NCBI GenBank assembly: GCA_964426525.1
Contig: CAYRQL010000008.1
Location: forward strand, 149-64,148
Reading direction: 5' to 3'
DNA: 64,000 bases
Source of the DNA: an uncultured Actinomycetota bacterium
Lineage (GTDB): Bacteria > Actinomycetota > Aquicultoria > SKW223 > CALKMS01
Part shown: piece by piece, positions 39,810 to 51,891 of the stretch
How the letters are laid out: every line of letters starts with the position of its first letter
Position numbering within the stretch: the first letter of the stretch is position 1
Program-made: the position numbers and the translations under genes
The notes under the pieces: model-generated
Seen by the model: the letters and a program-made list of their open reading frames with translations, nothing else
Told to the model about the DNA's origin: nothing
The model's database searches: none

Positions 39810-40184
39810 ATGCCAACAATTAATCAATTAATCAGGAAAGGTAGAAAGAAAACAGGCTGGAAAAGCAAAACTCCAGCTCTGGGGGGTAATCCTCAGAAGC
39901 GAGGAGTTTGCATTCGTGTTTCTACCACTACACCTAAGAAGCCAAATTCTGCTTTAAGAAAGATTGCTCGGGTCAGACTGACGAATGGTATGGAAGTAAC
40001 TTCCTATATTCCGGGAATCGGGCACAATCTTCAAGAACACTCGATTGTTTTAGTCAGGGGCGGAAGAGTCAAAGATTTACCTGGAGTGAGATATAAAGTT
40101 ATAAGAAATGTTTATGACGCAGCGGCAGTTGAAGACCGCCGTCAAGGTCGATCAAAATATGGCGCCAAGGCGCCGAAGAGCTAG
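39810..40184 (+). CDS. rpsL: 30S ribosomal protein S12
   Basis: 124 aa typical uS12. Confidence 0.95.
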   Translation: MPTINQLIRKGRKKTGWKSKTPALGGNPQKRGVCIRVSTTTPKKPNSALRKIARVRLTNGMEVTSYIPGIGHNLQEHSIVLVRGGRVKDLPGVRYKVIRNVYDAAAVEDRRQGRSKYGAKAPKS

Positions 40185-40193
40185 GTGTTGTAA

Positions 40194-40664
40194 TTGCCAA
40201 GAAAAGGTCCGGTTCCCAAACGAATAATTGAGCCAGATTTAGTTTATGGAGACGAACTTGTTGCCCGCCTAATATCTCATGTTTTACGTAGCGGCAAGAA
40301 AAGTTTGGCTGAGAGAATAGTTTATAAAACTCTTGACTTAATAAAAGAAAGGACTAAAGAAGAACCTCTGAAAGTGTTGAAAGCGGCGGTTGATAATGTT
40401 CGCCCTCTTTTAGAGGTTAAGCCGAGACGGGTGGGTGGTGCAACCTATCAGGTGCCGGTAGAAGTAGAGGAAAGAAGAGGGATAACTCTCGCTTTGCGCT
40501 GGATAATTAGTATAGCTCGCTCTAAAGAAGGTAAACCAATGTACGAGCTTTTAGCAAACGAAATTATGGAAGCAGCTAAAGGTGAAGGAGCAGCAGTAAA
40601 AAAGAAAGAGGACCTTCACAAAATGGCTGAAGCAAATCGGGCTTTTGCCCATTATCGATGGTAA
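40194..40664 (+). CDS. rpsG: 30S ribosomal protein S7
   Basis: 156 aa typical uS7. Confidence 0.95.
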   Translation: MPRKGPVPKRIIEPDLVYGDELVARLISHVLRSGKKSLAERIVYKTLDLIKERTKEEPLKVLKAAVDNVRPLLEVKPRRVGGATYQVPVEVEERRGITLALRWIISIARSKEGKPMYELLANEIMEAAKGEGAAVKKKEDLHKMAEANRAFAHYRW

Positions 40665-42772
40665 AGGTGGAGATGATGGATAGTAAGACAGTATTAGAAA
40701 AAACTAGGAATATCGGGATAATGGCTCATATAGATGCCGGCAAAACTACTACAACTGAGCGGATTTTGTTTTATACTGGCCGGGTTCATCGGATTGGCGA
40801 GGTTGATGAAGGTTCAGCGACAATGGACTTTATGCCTCAGGAAAAAGAGCGAGGAATAACGATTACTTCAGCGGCTACTACTTGTCACTGGAAAGATTTT
40901 CGAATTAATATAATAGACACACCAGGGCACGTTGATTTTACTGTAGAGGTAGAGCGTTCGCTTCGAGTGCTTGATGGAGCGGTTGCTATTTTTTGTGCGG
41001 TTGGTGGTGTTGAACCTCAATCAGAGACAGTCTGGCGTCAAGCTGATAAATATGGTGTTCCACGAATTGCGTACGTCAATAAGCTCGATCGCACTGGCGC
41101 TGACTTTTTCAATGTTGTTGAGATGATGAAAAGCCGTCTGGGTGCTCAACCGGTGGTTTTACAGCTTCCTGTTGGGGTTGAAGACAGTTTTACTGGAATA
41201 GTTGATTTGTTAAAAATGAAAGCGATTTATTGGGTTGATGAGCTTGGGTTAGAGATGGAAGAAAAAGAAATTCCGGCCGAGCTTGAAACTCAAGCTGTGG
41301 AATACCGCCATCTTCTTTTAGAAGCGGTAGCTGAGTTTTCTGAGGATTTAATGGAAAAATATCTTGAAGATAAGGAAATTTCTGTTGACGAAATCAAGAG
41401 AGCTTTGAGAAAGGGAACTCTGGAGGCTAAAATCAATCCAGTCCTTTGTGGTGCTTCATTTAAGAACAAAGGTGTACAGCCTTTACTGGACGCGGTGGTT
41501 GATTACTTGCCTTCACCTCTTGATATGCCACCAGTTGAAGGAGTAAATCCTAAAAATGGCGAAACTATGATTTTTTATCCTCGAGCTGATGAACCTTTTT
41601 GTGCTTTAGCCTTTAAAGTAATGGTTGATCCATATGTTGGAAAGTTAACCTTTTTCCGAGTTTATTCGGGCAAGCTTGAAGCCGGTTCTTATGTTTACAA
41701 CTCAGTTAAAGGAAATCAAGAAAGAATTGGTCGTCTTTTACAAATGCATGCTGATCATAGAGAGGAGAGAAAAGAAGTTTTTGCTGGTGATATTGTTGCC
41801 GCGGTTGGTTTAAAAAATACTACCACTGGCGACACACTTTGCGAAGTTGATAAACCTATCATTCTTGAGTCAATGCAGTTTCCGGAGCCGGTTATTTCAG
41901 TTGCGGTAGAGCCAAAGACCAAAGCGGATCAGGATAAGCTTAGTGGTGCTCTGGCAAAACTAGCTGAAGAAGACCCCACTTTTCAGGTTGGTTTTGACGA
42001 AGAAACGGGGCAGACAGTTATTTCTGGTATGGGCGAGCTTCACCTTGAGATAATTGTTGACCGGCTAAAAAGGGAGTTTAAGGTAGGCGTAAATGTTGGC
42101 AAGCCTCAAGTTGCCTATCGAGAGACTATTACCCGTCCGGTAACAAATATTGAAGGAAAATATGTTCGTCAGTCGGGTGGTCGAGGTCAATATGGCCATG
42201 TCGTAATTAAGGTTGAGCCAAATATTGGCAGAGGTTTTGAGTTTTTTGACAAAATCGTTGGCGGAGTTATTCCTCGTGAATTTATTCCGGCAGTTGAAAA
42301 AGGAGCTCGTGAAGCTTTGGAAGCTGGAGTTTTAGCTGGCTATCCTGTGGTTGATGTTAAGGTTGAGCTTTTTGATGGCTCATATCACCCGGTTGATAGC
42401 TCAGAACTGGCGTTTAAAATTGCTGGCTCAATGGCTGTTCGAGAGGCTTTGCGACGGGCTCATTCTATCCTTCTCGAGCCTATAATGAGAGTGGAAGTTG
42501 TTATTCCTGAAGAGTACCTTGGCGATGTTTTGGGCGATTTAAACGCGCGTCGAGGACATATTGAAAGCATGGAAAAGAAAGCAAATGCCCAGGTAATCAA
42601 AGCCTATGTTCCTTTGGCGGAGATGTTTGGTTATGCTACTTCTCTTCGCTCCTTGACTCAAGGGAGAGGGTCGTTTACTATGCAGTTCCAATCTTACAAA
42701 GCTGTTCCTGAAGGAATAGCCAAGTTAATTATCGAAAAAGCTCAAGGCGATTCTTCGGAGGCAGTTATTTAG
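40658..42772 (+). CDS. fusA: elongation factor G
   Basis: G-domain motifs ([17 protein letters not shown]). The true start is probably the ATG at 40673, which follows an AAGGTGGAG RBS. Confidence 0.95.
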   Translation: MVKVEMMDSKTVLEKTRNIGIMAHIDAGKTTTTERILFYTGRVHRIGEVDEGSATMDFMPQEKERGITITSAATTCHWKDFRINIIDTPGHVDFTVEVERSLRVLDGAVAIFCAVGGVEPQSETVWRQADKYGVPRIAYVNKLDRTGADFFNVVEMMKSRLGAQPVVLQLPVGVEDSFTGIVDLLKMKAIYWVDELGLEMEEKEIPAELETQAVEYRHLLLEAVAEFSEDLMEKYLEDKEISVDEIKRALRKGTLEAKINPVLCGASFKNKGVQPLLDAVVDYLPSPLDMPPVEGVNPKNGETMIFYPRADEPFCALAFKVMVDPYVGKLTFFRVYSGKLEAGSYVYNSVKGNQERIGRLLQMHADHREERKEVFAGDIVAAVGLKNTTTGDTLCEVDKPIILESMQFPEPVISVAVEPKTKADQDKLSGALAKLAEEDPTFQVGFDEETGQTVISGMGELHLEIIVDRLKREFKVGVNVGKPQVAYRETITRPVTNIEGKYVRQSGGRGQYGHVVIKVEPNIGRGFEFFDKIVGGVIPREFIPAVEKGAREALEAGVLAGYPVVDVKVELFDGSYHPVDSSELAFKIAGSMAVREALRRAHSILLEPIMRVEVVIPEEYLGDVLGDLNARRGHIESMEKKANAQVIKAYVPLAEMFGYATSLRSLTQGRGSFTMQFQSYKAVPEGIAKLIIEKAQGDSSEAVI

Positions 42773-42812
42773 GAAGGGAGATATGGATTTAATGAATTTT
42801 AAACAATTTTGG

Positions 42813-44035
42813 AAGGAGGCCCAAAATGGCAAAGCAAAAATTTGAGAGAGTAAAACCCCATCTGAATGTGGGAACCATTGGTCATGTTGACCACGGCAAG
42901 ACAACTTTAACAGCAGCTATCACCAAAGCTCTTTCTAACATTGGATTTGCTGAGTACATTCCTTTTGATCAGATAGACAAAGCTCCAGAAGAAAAAGCTC
43001 GCGGCATAACCATTGCTATTGCTCATGTTGAATACCAAACCGAAAAACGTCACTATGCTCATATTGACTGTCCAGGCCACGCTGACTATGTCAAGAATAT
43101 GATAACTGGCGCCGCTCAAATGGACGGTGCCATTTTAGTTGTCTCAGCTGCTGATGGTCCAATGCCCCAAACTCGTGAACACGTCCTTCTTGCCCGCCAG
43201 GTTGAAGTCCCCTACATTATTGTTTACTTAAACAAGGTTGACATGGTTGATGACCCTGAACTTTTAGAATTAGTTGAGGTTGAAGTAAGAGACCTCTTGA
43301 CTGAATACCAGTTCCCGGGAGAGGAAACCCCGGTTATCAAAGGAAGTGCTCTTAAAGCCCTTGAATGTGGTTGCGGAAAAAGAGAATGCGAAGTCTGCAA
43401 AAGTATCTGGGAACTCTTAGACGCTTTAGACAACTACATTCCTGAACCGGTAAGAGAAATAGACAAACCCTTCCTTATGCCCATTGAAGATGTCTTCTCT
43501 ATAACTGGTCGTGGAACAGTTGTTACCGGAAGAGTAGAGCGCGGGAAAGTAAGAGTGGGAGAAGAAGTAGAACTGGTTGGTCTTTCTGACGAACCTCACA
43601 AAACAGTAGTAACTGGAGTTGAAATGTTTAGAAAAATCCTTGATGAAGGAGTAGCCGGAGACAACATTGGCCTCCTTCTTCGCGGTATTGGCAAAGATGA
43701 GGTTGAGAGAGGAATGGTGGTTGCTCAACCCGGTTCCATTACTCCTCATCGCCGCTTCAAAGCTCAAGTTTATGTCTTAACCAAAGAAGAAGGCGGTCGT
43801 CACACTCCTTTCTTTAACGGCTACCGTCCTCAGTTTTATGTAAGAACAACTGATGTCACTGGAACAATTAAACTACCTGAGGGAGTAGAAATGGTAATGC
43901 CTGGTGACAACACTGAAATTGAAGTTGAGCTCATTGCTCCCATTGCTCTTGAAGAAGGTGTCCGCTTCGCTATCCGCGAAGGTGGCCGAACTGTAGGAGC
44001 TGGGAGTGTAACCAAGGTTCTGGAGTAAGGGAGTA
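42813..44035 (+). repeat. 1223-bp perfect duplication (copy 2) covering the tuf RBS, CDS and 7 nt downstream
   Basis: Identical to 27666-28888. Confidence 0.9.
42826..44028 (+). CDS. tuf: elongation factor Tu (str-operon copy, tufA-like)
   Basis: Protein is 100% identical to the copy at 27679-28881. Confidence 0.95.
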   Translation: MAKQKFERVKPHLNVGTIGHVDHGKTTLTAAITKALSNIGFAEYIPFDQIDKAPEEKARGITIAIAHVEYQTEKRHYAHIDCPGHADYVKNMITGAAQMDGAILVVSAADGPMPQTREHVLLARQVEVPYIIVYLNKVDMVDDPELLELVEVEVRDLLTEYQFPGEETPVIKGSALKALECGCGKRECEVCKSIWELLDALDNYIPEPVREIDKPFLMPIEDVFSITGRGTVVTGRVERGKVRVGEEVELVGLSDEPHKTVVTGVEMFRKILDEGVAGDNIGLLLRGIGKDEVERGMVVAQPGSITPHRRFKAQVYVLTKEEGGRHTPFFNGYRPQFYVRTTDVTGTIKLPEGVEMVMPGDNTEIEVELIAPIALEEGVRFAIREGGRTVGAGSVTKVLE

Positions 44036-44037
44036 AA

Positions 44038-44343
44038 TTGCAACAAAAAATAAGAATCAGATTAAAAGCATACGACCATGAAGTTTTAGATGAGTCAGCT
44101 CGCTGGATTATCCAGGAAGTTGAAAAAACTGGCGCGCGAGTAGCTGGTCCAGTTCCTTTACCTACTGAAAGGAGTCTGGTAACAGTATTAAGGTCTCCTC
44201 ATAAAGATAAGGACTCACGTGAACAGTTTGAAGTTAGAGTCCATAAGAGATTAATAGATATACTAGACCCAACTCCTCGAACAGTCGATTCGCTAATGAG
44301 ACTGGATTTGCCAGCTGGTGTAGATATAGAACTGAAGATTTAG
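44038..44343 (+). CDS. rpsJ: 30S ribosomal protein S10
   Basis: 101 aa, TTG start. Confidence 0.95.
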   Translation: MQQKIRIRLKAYDHEVLDESARWIIQEVEKTGARVAGPVPLPTERSLVTVLRSPHKDKDSREQFEVRVHKRLIDILDPTPRTVDSLMRLDLPAGVDIELKI

Positions 44344-44351
44344 GAGTAAGA

Positions 44352-45005
44352 ATGCCAAAGGGTTTGATTGGAAAAAAGTTAGGTATGACTCAAATATTTG
44401 AAGGAGAAGAAGCAATTCCGGTCACGGTAATTGAAGCTGGGCCTTGCCTGGTTACTCAGATTAAAACGGTAGAAAAAGATGGCTACTCAGCTGTTCAGCT
44501 CGGTTTTGAGGAAGTAAAAGAGACCAAACTTAACAAACCCCTTAAAGGGCACTTCGAGAAAAATAAACTGAAGCCTTGTCGAAAACTGATTGAGATTAGA
44601 CTGGACGAGAAAGAAGTGGCTAACTATCAGGTCGGTTCAGAGTTAAAGGTAGATATTTTTAAGCCCGGCGAAAAAATAGACATAGTTGGTACTTCAAAAG
44701 GTAAGGGCTTTGCCGGCGTGGTTAAAAGGCATGGTTTTAAAGGTTTTCCTGCCTCTCATGGTTCTCGCTATCACCGAGCTGGTGGTTCGATAGGTATGGC
44801 TGCTTTTCCAGCTCGAGTTATCAAAGGGATGAAAATGCCTGGTCGTCATGGAGGGAGAAGGGTTACCGTTCAAAATCTTGAGGTGGTGAAAGTGATCCCT
44901 GAAGATAATTTACTATTACTTAGAGGTGCTGTTCCTGGACCTATTGGTGGATATGTATTAGTAAAGCAGGCAGTCAAAGCAACTGTAAAAGGAGTAAGAA
45001 ATTGA
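44352..45005 (+). CDS. rplC: 50S ribosomal protein L3
   Basis: 217 aa uL3. Confidence 0.95.
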   Translation: MPKGLIGKKLGMTQIFEGEEAIPVTVIEAGPCLVTQIKTVEKDGYSAVQLGFEEVKETKLNKPLKGHFEKNKLKPCRKLIEIRLDEKEVANYQVGSELKVDIFKPGEKIDIVGTSKGKGFAGVVKRHGFKGFPASHGSRYHRAGGSIGMAAFPARVIKGMKMPGRHGGRRVTVQNLEVVKVIPEDNLLLLRGAVPGPIGGYVLVKQAVKATVKGVRN

Positions 45006-45628
45006 TTAAGGCTCCAGTTTTTGATGAAAAAGGAAGCAGAAAAGGCGAGCTAAACTTAAAAGAGGGAATTTTTTCAGTTGAACCAAAGGAAAACCTGGTT
45101 CATCTGGTTTGTCGAGCTTATCTGGCTTCGCAGCGGGCAGGGAGTGCCAATACCCGTGGCCGTTCGGAAGTTCGCGGCGGTGGTGCTAAACCTTGGAGGC
45201 AGAAAGGAACTGGCCGGGCACGGGTTGGAACTATTCGCTCACCTCTTTGGAAAGGTGGCGGCGTAACATTTGGTCCGAAACCACGCGATTATTCTTTTAA
45301 GGTAAACAAAAAAGAAAAGAAGCTGGCTTTAAAATCAGTTCTCTCTGCTAAAGCTCGAGAAAAGAAAGTTTTAATTTTGGATAAACTAACCATTTCTGAG
45401 CCTAGCACCAAAAAAGCTTTTGAGTTACTAAGTAAGTTAAAAATAGATAAAAATAAAGTAACTCTGGTTTTAAGTCCGGAAGAGGAGAAAGTTTATCTTT
45501 CTTTCCGGAATTTACCTTTTGTGAATGTAGTTTTGGTGTCTGGAATAAATGTCTACCTTGCTTTAAATAATGAATATTTACTTTTTACCAAGGCAGCTCT
45601 TGAGTGCTTAAATGAGGTGCTGGATTGA
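45002..45628 (+). CDS. rplD: 50S ribosomal protein L4
   Basis: 208 aa uL4. Confidence 0.95.
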   Translation: MIKAPVFDEKGSRKGELNLKEGIFSVEPKENLVHLVCRAYLASQRAGSANTRGRSEVRGGGAKPWRQKGTGRARVGTIRSPLWKGGGVTFGPKPRDYSFKVNKKEKKLALKSVLSAKAREKKVLILDKLTISEPSTKKAFELLSKLKIDKNKVTLVLSPEEEKVYLSFRNLPFVNVVLVSGINVYLALNNEYLLFTKAALECLNEVLD

Positions 45629-45912
45629 TGGATGAAAGGGAAATTATTTTGCGGCCAGTTTTAACTGAAAAAACTTATCAGGGTTTTGAAAAGAGAAAGT
45701 ATGCTTTTGAAGTGCATCCTGGAGCCAATAAGGTTGAAATAGCTAAAGCTGTGGAAAAAGCTTTTAAAGTTAAAGTTGAGAAGGTAAATACTCTTTGGGT
45801 GAAGCCTAAACCCCGTCGCTATGGGCGATATCTGGGAAAAACTCGAAAGTGGAAAAAAGCAGTTGTGACCCTCGAGGTTGGTCAGAAAATTGATTTCTTT
45901 GAGGGACTTTAG
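45625..45912 (+). CDS. rplW: 50S ribosomal protein L23
   Basis: 95 aa uL23. Confidence 0.95.
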   Translation: MMDEREIILRPVLTEKTYQGFEKRKYAFEVHPGANKVEIAKAVEKAFKVKVEKVNTLWVKPKPRRYGRYLGKTRKWKKAVVTLEVGQKIDFFEGL

Positions 45913-45922
45913 GAGGTTTTGA

Positions 45923-46747
45923 GTGGGAATTAAAAAACTTAAACCAACTTCAGCTGGTAGAAGGTTTATGACTGTTGCCGATTTTAAAGAAATTACCAGG
46001 TCTAAGCCGGAAAAATCTCTGGTGAAACCTTTACCTAAAAAGGCAGGTCGCAATTCGCAGGGTCGTTTAACTGTCAGACATCAAGGAGGCGGCCATAAAA
46101 GGCTATATCGCTTAATCGACTTTAAGCGGGATAAAGACGGTGTTCCAGCTAAAGTTGTGAGTATTGAGTATGACCCTAACCGTTCAGTTCGTATAGCTTT
46201 GCTTCATTATGCAGATGGAGAAAAGCGATATATTCTGGCTCCTTTAGGGCTTAAAGTTGGTGACACCGTTTCTTCTGGCCAAGGCTCAGATATTAAAACG
46301 GGAAATGCTTTGGCCTTGAGCGATATCCCGGTTGGAACGATTATTCATAACTTAACTTTGCAGCCGGGAGGAAAAGCTAAGTTAGTGCGCTCGGCTGGTG
46401 TTGGAGCTCAAATAATAGCCAAAGAGGGCGAATATGCTCAAATACGCTTACCTTCTGGAGAGATAAGAGCTTTCAAACTTAACTGCCGGGCTACTATTGG
46501 TCAGCTTGGTAATGCTGAGCATGAACTGATAAAAGTTGGAAAGGCTGGACGCTCTCGCTGGAAGGGAATAAGACCAACCGTAAGAGGAACAGCTATGAAT
46601 CCAATTGACCACCCTCACGGTGGTGGAGAAGGGAAATCTGGTCCCGGTCGCCATCCGGTTACTCCTTGGGGAAAACCAACTTATGGCTACAAAACTCGGA
46701 AAAAGAAGCCTTCTGATAAATATATTATCAAAAGGAGGAAAGGATAA
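45923..46747 (+). CDS. rplB: 50S ribosomal protein L2
   Basis: 274 aa uL2. Confidence 0.95.
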   Translation: MGIKKLKPTSAGRRFMTVADFKEITRSKPEKSLVKPLPKKAGRNSQGRLTVRHQGGGHKRLYRLIDFKRDKDGVPAKVVSIEYDPNRSVRIALLHYADGEKRYILAPLGLKVGDTVSSGQGSDIKTGNALALSDIPVGTIIHNLTLQPGGKAKLVRSAGVGAQIIAKEGEYAQIRLPSGEIRAFKLNCRATIGQLGNAEHELIKVGKAGRSRWKGIRPTVRGTAMNPIDHPHGGGEGKSGPGRHPVTPWGKPTYGYKTRKKKPSDKYIIKRRKG

Positions 46748-46753
46748 AACCCA

Positions 46754-47038
46754 ATGCCGCGTTCTTTAAAAAAAGGTCCTTATGTTGAAGAGAAGCTTTT
46801 AAAAAAAATTTCTAAACTTAACGAACAGGGAGAGAAAAAAATTATTAAAACCTGGTCGAGGAGCTCGACGATTATTCCTGAGATGGTTGGTCATACTATT
46901 GCTGTCCACAACGGCCGTCGCCATATACCGATTTTTATTACTGAATCGATGGTTGGTCACAAATTAGGAGAATTTGCTCCAACAAGAACTTTCAAAGGTC
47001 ACAGCGGAGCAAGTGAGCGAACTACTAAGGTAAAATAG
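46754..47038 (+). CDS. rpsS: 30S ribosomal protein S19
   Basis: 94 aa uS19. Confidence 0.95.
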   Translation: MPRSLKKGPYVEEKLLKKISKLNEQGEKKIIKTWSRSSTIIPEMVGHTIAVHNGRRHIPIFITESMVGHKLGEFAPTRTFKGHSGASERTTKVK

Positions 47039-47053
47039 TGGAGGTTATTTTTA

Positions 47054-47389
47054 ATGGCTGAGGCAAGAGCAGTTGCAAGGTTTATAAGAGTAGCACCCCG
47101 GAAAGCACGGGCTGTGGTCGATTTAATAAGGGGTAAGAGTTTAAGTGAAGCCCGAACAATCTTGGCTTTCACTCCCCGGGCGGCTAGCCGAATAGTTAAG
47201 AAAGTTCTGGATTCAGCTGCTGCTAACGCTGAGTTTAATCATCATTTAAAAGTGGATAACCTTTACGTTAAAGAAGCTCGGGTTGATCAAGGACCTGCTT
47301 TAAAACGCTATCGCCCTCGAGCAATGGGCCGGGCAACTATGGTAAAACACTTTAAAATTGTTCTGGCTGAGATTGGAGGGGAAGAGTAG
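47054..47389 (+). CDS. rplV: 50S ribosomal protein L22
   Basis: 111 aa uL22. Confidence 0.95.
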   Translation: MAEARAVARFIRVAPRKARAVVDLIRGKSLSEARTILAFTPRAASRIVKKVLDSAAANAEFNHHLKVDNLYVKEARVDQGPALKRYRPRAMGRATMVKHFKIVLAEIGGEE

Positions 47390-48186
47390 TGGGCCAGAAA
47401 GTTAATCCAGTCGGTTTTAGAATAGGAATTATTGAAAGCTGGCGTTCTAATTGGTTTAGCAGTGGGAAGGACTATACCCAGGGCGTAATTGAGGATTCAC
47501 TAATTCGAGATTATATAAGAAAAAAATTGCGAAAAGGTGCGGTTTCCAGAATAGAAATTAGCAGACTCAAGAAAGCTGCCGAAGAAGTTATGGTTACTAT
47601 TTATACTGCTCGGCCTGGTGTTGTTATTGGAAGAAGAGGTTCTGAGGTTGACCTTTTGAAGAGCCAATTAGAAAGACTTACTCACCAGAGAAAAGTAAAA
47701 GTCGATATTAAAGAAGTTAGAATTCCGGAGCTTGATGCTGATCTGGTTGCACAAAGTGTGGCTGACCAGATTGAGGCTCGAGTTTCTCACCGTCGAGCTA
47801 TGAAGAGAGCAATAACTTCAGCCTTGAGGATGGGCGCTAAGGGAATAAAAATTTCGTGTTCTGGACGGTTGGGCGGAGCCGAAATTGCTCGTCGCGAATG
47901 GTATCGGGAAGGCCGGGTTCCTCTTCATACTTTAAGAGCTCAGATTGATTATGGTTTTGCTGAAGCCTTAACAAAATATGGGCGAATTGGAGTAAAGGTT
48001 TGGATTTACAAAGGAGATGTTTTCAAGAAGGAACAGCCAAAAATTGAAGAGGAAGCAGGAAAATTACTTGGCGCAGAGGAATCAGCCGAATCAGTTGAAA
48101 CAGCGGTAGCTCTTAAAACTGGAAGCGTAGAGGTAGACGAGCTAAAACAGGAGGTGGGCGAGGATGTTACAACCCAAGAAAACTAA
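47389..48186 (+). CDS. rpsC: 30S ribosomal protein S3
   Basis: 265 aa uS3 with an acidic C-terminal extension. Confidence 0.95.
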   Translation: MGQKVNPVGFRIGIIESWRSNWFSSGKDYTQGVIEDSLIRDYIRKKLRKGAVSRIEISRLKKAAEEVMVTIYTARPGVVIGRRGSEVDLLKSQLERLTHQRKVKVDIKEVRIPELDADLVAQSVADQIEARVSHRRAMKRAITSALRMGAKGIKISCSGRLGGAEIARREWYREGRVPLHTLRAQIDYGFAEALTKYGRIGVKVWIYKGDVFKKEQPKIEEEAGKLLGAEESAESVETAVALKTGSVEVDELKQEVGEDVTTQEN

Positions 48187-48577
48187 GTTTCGCCGGGCTC
48201 AGCGCGGACGGATGAAAGGTCAAGCTAAGGGCGGAACTTCTCTTCACTTTGGTGATTACGGTCTTAAAGCTTTGGCCCCCGGTTGGCTGACTGCCCAACA
48301 AATTGAAGCAGCCCGAATTGCCATAGCTCGTTATTTAAAAAGAGGTGGTAAGGTTTGGATTAATGTTTTTCCTGATAAACCCATCTCTAAAAAACCAGCG
48401 GAAACTCGAATGGGGAGCGGTAAGGGTTCACCTGAGTATTGGGTAGCAGTGGTTAAGCCAGGGCGAGTAATTTTCGAGCTGGCAGGGATTGATCGAGATG
48501 CTGCTGTTGAAGCTTTAAGGTTAGCTTCTAACAAACTTCCCATTAAGACGAAGGTTGTCCAGAGGGAGGGGGAGTGA
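48164..48577 (+). CDS. rplP: 50S ribosomal protein L16
   Basis: 137 aa uL16. Confidence 0.95.
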   Translation: MLQPKKTKFRRAQRGRMKGQAKGGTSLHFGDYGLKALAPGWLTAQQIEAARIAIARYLKRGGKVWINVFPDKPISKKPAETRMGSGKGSPEYWVAVVKPGRVIFELAGIDRDAAVEALRLASNKLPIKTKVVQREGE

Positions 48578-48777
48578 AAATGCGAGCCGAAGAACTTAGA
48601 AATTTTAGCGATGAAGAACTTATTGAAAAACTTAAAGAATTGCGTCAGGAGTTATTTAATCTTCGATTTCAATTGGCTACTGGGCAGTTGAAAAACGTTA
48701 GAAGAATTAAATTGGTCAAGAAAGATATTGCTCGGGTTTTAACCATTTTAAAAGAGAATGAACGAAAAACTGCTTAA
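48574..48777 (+). CDS. rpmC: 50S ribosomal protein L29
   Basis: 67 aa uL29. Confidence 0.9.
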   Translation: MKMRAEELRNFSDEELIEKLKELRQELFNLRFQLATGQLKNVRRIKLVKKDIARVLTILKENERKTA

Positions 48778-48783
48778 GGAGTT

Positions 48784-49041
48784 TTGATGGAAAAAATCAA
48801 AAGGAAAGTTTTGGTTGGAGAAGTAGTTAGCGACAAAATGGATAAAACAGTGGTAGTGGCGGTTAAACGGATGGTTAGGCACCCGATAATAAGTAAGTCT
48901 ATTAAAAAGACAGCTCGGTTTAAGGCTCATGATGAGAAGAACCAGGCTAAAGTTGGCGATTTGGTTGAGATTATGGAAACTCGCCCTTTAAGCAAGGAAA
49001 AACGCTGGCGAGTGACAAAAATTATTAAAGCCGCTGATTAA
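48784..49041 (+). CDS. rpsQ: 30S ribosomal protein S17
   Basis: 85 aa uS17. Confidence 0.95.
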   Translation: MMEKIKRKVLVGEVVSDKMDKTVVVAVKRMVRHPIISKSIKKTARFKAHDEKNQAKVGDLVEIMETRPLSKEKRWRVTKIIKAAD

Positions 49042-49056
49042 GACTGAGGTGAACAG

Positions 49057-49425
49057 ATGATTCAGCAAGAGACAAGACTAAAAGTTGCGGACAACACTGG
49101 TGCAAAAGAGATACTCTGCATTCGGGTGTTGGGAGGCTCGCGTCGTCGATATGCGCGAGTTGGAGATGTAATTGTGGCAACTGTTAAGGAAGCTGTTCCC
49201 GGCGCACCGGTAGGTAAAGGTGATGTAGTTAGAGCAGTGGTTGTTAGGACCAGGAAAGAAACCAAAAGAAAAGATGGTTCAAGTGTGTCTTTTGATGACA
49301 ACGCTGCTGTTTTGATAAATGAAACGGGTAATCCCCGTGGAACTCGAATTTTCGGTCCAGTAGCCAGGGAGTTAAGAGATAAAAATTTTATGAAAATAGT
49401 TTCTTTAGCGCCGGAAGTGATTTAG
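49057..49425 (+). CDS. rplN: 50S ribosomal protein L14
   Basis: 122 aa uL14. Confidence 0.95.
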   Translation: MIQQETRLKVADNTGAKEILCIRVLGGSRRRYARVGDVIVATVKEAVPGAPVGKGDVVRAVVVRTRKETKRKDGSSVSFDDNAAVLINETGNPRGTRIFGPVARELRDKNFMKIVSLAPEVI

Positions 49426-49436
49426 GAGGATTAAAA

Positions 49437-49757
49437 GTGGCTAAAGTAAAAATAAAAAAAGGTGACCGAGTAGAAGTTATAGCTGGCAAAGATCGTGGAA
49501 AAGCTGGCAAAGTACTACGAGTTTTTCCGACAGAGAATCGATTGATTGTGGAAAAAGCAAATGTGGTCAAAAAGCATTCTCGTCCTACGCAAAAAAACCC
49601 TCAAGGTGGGATTGTTGAAATGGAGGCACCTTTGCCTATTTCTAATGTCATGTTAATTTGTCCTCGATGCAACAGAAAAACACGAGTAGGCAAAACGATT
49701 CTAGCTGATGGCAGTCGGGTGAGAATCTGTAAAAAGTGTGGGAGTGAAATAGACTAA
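49437..49757 (+). CDS. rplX: 50S ribosomal protein L24 with a C-terminal Cys4 zinc-ribbon (C+ form)
   Basis: KOW domain plus C-terminal CPRC...CKKC, as in the Thermus thermophilus L24 type. Confidence 0.9.
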   Translation: MAKVKIKKGDRVEVIAGKDRGKAGKVLRVFPTENRLIVEKANVVKKHSRPTQKNPQGGIVEMEAPLPISNVMLICPRCNRKTRVGKTILADGSRVRICKKCGSEID

Positions 49758-49758
49758 A

Positions 49759-50391
49759 ATGGCAAATAAAAGCGAAAAAAAATTGGAAAAAACTACACCT
49801 CGCTTAAAAAAGCTTTACCTAGAAAAGGTTCGACCTTGGCTGGTCAAGGAGCTTAATTTAAAAAATATAATGGAGGCGCCGAAACTGGAAAAAATTGTGG
49901 TAAATATTGGCATAGGCGAAGCTACTCAGAGCGAGAAGGTTCTGGAACAAGCTGTTGAAGACCTATCTTTGATTACTGGCCAGAGACCCATCATTACCCG
50001 AGCAAAAAAATCAGTTTCTGGTTTTAAATTGAGACAGGGGATGGCTATTGGCTGCAAGGTAACCTTGCGGGGTGACCGAATGTACGAGTTTTTCGATCGC
50101 TTAGTAAATGTTGCCCTTCCCCGCGTTCGCGATTTCCGTGGACTTTCTGTAGAGTCTTTTGATGGGCGGGGTAATTATAACTTTGGAGTCGAAGAGCAGT
50201 ATATTTTTCCCGAAATCGACCTTGACAAATCAGAAAAGGCTTTGGGTATGGACATTTGTATTGTCACTTCTACTGAGGATGATGAAGAAGCGCGTTTTCT
50301 TCTTGAAGGTTTAGGTTTTCCTTTCCGGAAGAAACCTCAGGCTGAGAAGAAAGTAGTTGAAGGAGGTCAAGTTGACACGAAAGGCGCTTAA
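49759..50391 (+). CDS. rplE: 50S ribosomal protein L5 with about 26-aa C-terminal extension
   Basis: 210 aa. uL5 core followed by [20 protein letters not shown], which overlaps the rpsN start. Confidence 0.9.
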   Translation: MANKSEKKLEKTTPRLKKLYLEKVRPWLVKELNLKNIMEAPKLEKIVVNIGIGEATQSEKVLEQAVEDLSLITGQRPIITRAKKSVSGFKLRQGMAIGCKVTLRGDRMYEFFDRLVNVALPRVRDFRGLSVESFDGRGNYNFGVEEQYIFPEIDLDKSEKALGMDICIVTSTEDDEEARFLLEGLGFPFRKKPQAEKKVVEGGQVDTKGA

Positions 50392-50557
50392 AATTAAACA
50401 AAAGCGTGAACCTAAATTTGCGGTTCGCAAGTATAACCGCTGTTGTCGGTGCGGAAGAGCTCGAGGGGTTTATACCCGTTTCGGGCTTTGCCGAATTTGT
50501 TTAAGAGAGCTAGCTCATCGGGGAGAAATCCCCGGCTTAAGAAAGGCTAGCTGGTAG
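50372..50557 (+). CDS. rpsN: 30S ribosomal protein S14 type Z (zinc-binding)
   Basis: 61 aa from TTG 50372 (AGGAGG 5 nt upstream). CCRC...CRIC motif. The ORF-track start at 50357 has no RBS. Confidence 0.85.
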   Translation: MTRKALKIKQKREPKFAVRKYNRCCRCGRARGVYTRFGLCRICLRELAHRGEIPGLRKASW

Positions 50558-50565
50558 GAGGCAAG

Positions 50566-50964
50566 ATGGTTTTAACAGATCCGGTTGGCGATATGGTTAC
50601 GAGAATCAGGAATGCAAGTCGAGCTTATCATGAATGGACTGAAATCCCTTCGGCTCGCTTCAAAAAAGAGCTCTGCCAGATTTTAAAAAAAGAGGGCTAT
50701 CTTGAAGATTTTAAAGTAGAAAGGAAAGGTCCAGCCGAAGTTTTAAAGGTTAAACTAAAGTATGGACCAAGCAAAAAGAGAGCTATAACCGGGATTATGA
50801 GAATTAGCAAGCCCGGTTTAAGGGTTTATGTCAAGAAAGAGGAAATTCCCAAGGTTATGGGTGGCTTAGGTTCGGCTATAATTTCTACTTCCCGTGGCCT
50901 TTTAACCGATAAAGAAGCAAGGCAAAAAGGCGTTGGCGGTGAGGTAATCTTATACATTTGGTAA
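50566..50964 (+). CDS. rpsH: 30S ribosomal protein S8
   Basis: 132 aa uS8. Confidence 0.95.
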   Translation: MVLTDPVGDMVTRIRNASRAYHEWTEIPSARFKKELCQILKKEGYLEDFKVERKGPAEVLKVKLKYGPSKKRAITGIMRISKPGLRVYVKKEEIPKVMGGLGSAIISTSRGLLTDKEARQKGVGGEVILYIW

Positions 50965-50974
50965 GGAGGCTTTC

Positions 50975-51514
50975 TTGTCAAGAGTAGGAAAGAAAATAAT
51001 TGATTTACCGGCTAATGTGACAATTGAAATAGAACCGAATTTAGTAAGAGTTAAGGGACCGAAAGGTGAGCTTTCTCAGACAATTCATCCTGAGATGCAA
51101 GTGTTGGTTAAAGACAACTCGGTGGTGGTTAAGAGACCAAATGACGAACCGTATTATCGAGCTCTTCATGGGTTGACCCAACGCTTAATTGCTAATATGG
51201 TTGAGGGGGTTTCCCAAGGATTTAGCCGCACACTGGAAATAGTAGGGGTTGGTTATCGAGCGGCATTGAAAGGAAGCGATCTTGAATTGAGTGTTGGATA
51301 CTCTCATCCAATAGTTTTCAAAAAGATTCCGGGTATTGATTTTGAAGTTCCTAACGCCAGCACCGTGATTGTTAAAGGGATTGACAAGCAAATGGTAGGC
51401 GAGGTAGCAGCTAAAATCAGAGCGATTAGAGGTCCTGAACCGTATAAAGGTAAAGGAATAAAGTACTCCGGCGAGTTTATCAAGAGAAAGGCCGGGAAAG
51501 CAGGGAAGGCATGA
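50975..51514 (+). CDS. rplF: 50S ribosomal protein L6
   Basis: 179 aa uL6, TTG start. Confidence 0.95.
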   Translation: MSRVGKKIIDLPANVTIEIEPNLVRVKGPKGELSQTIHPEMQVLVKDNSVVVKRPNDEPYYRALHGLTQRLIANMVEGVSQGFSRTLEIVGVGYRAALKGSDLELSVGYSHPIVFKKIPGIDFEVPNASTVIVKGIDKQMVGEVAAKIRAIRGPEPYKGKGIKYSGEFIKRKAGKAGKA

Positions 51515-51891
51515 TTATGTTGAAACGAAGTAAATCCAGTGAGAAAGTTTATAATCGAAAGAAAAGGCATCAACGGATTCGAAAAAGGGTCTTTGGAACT
51601 TCAGAGCGACCGAGGCTTTCAGTTTTTCGCAGCAACTACAATATCTATGCTCAGATTATTGATGATAATAAAGGGGTAACTTTAATTTCAGCTTCCACTT
51701 TAGATAAAGAACTTAAAGAGTTAAGAGGGAAGAAAAGCATTGAAGCAGCTAAAAAAGTTGGCAAACTTATTGCGGCAAAGGCCTTAAAAAAGGGAATAAA
51801 GGCAGTAGTTTTTGACCGAGGTGGCTTTAGATATCATGGTCGGATAAAGGCTCTGGCTGAAGCTGCCAGGGAAGAAGGATTAGAGTTTTAA
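51511..51891 (+). CDS. rplR: 50S ribosomal protein L18
   Basis: 126 aa uL18. Confidence 0.95.
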   Translation: MIMLKRSKSSEKVYNRKKRHQRIRKRVFGTSERPRLSVFRSNYNIYAQIIDDNKGVTLISASTLDKELKELRGKKSIEAAKKVGKLIAAKALKKGIKAVVFDRGGFRYHGRIKALAEAAREEGLEF

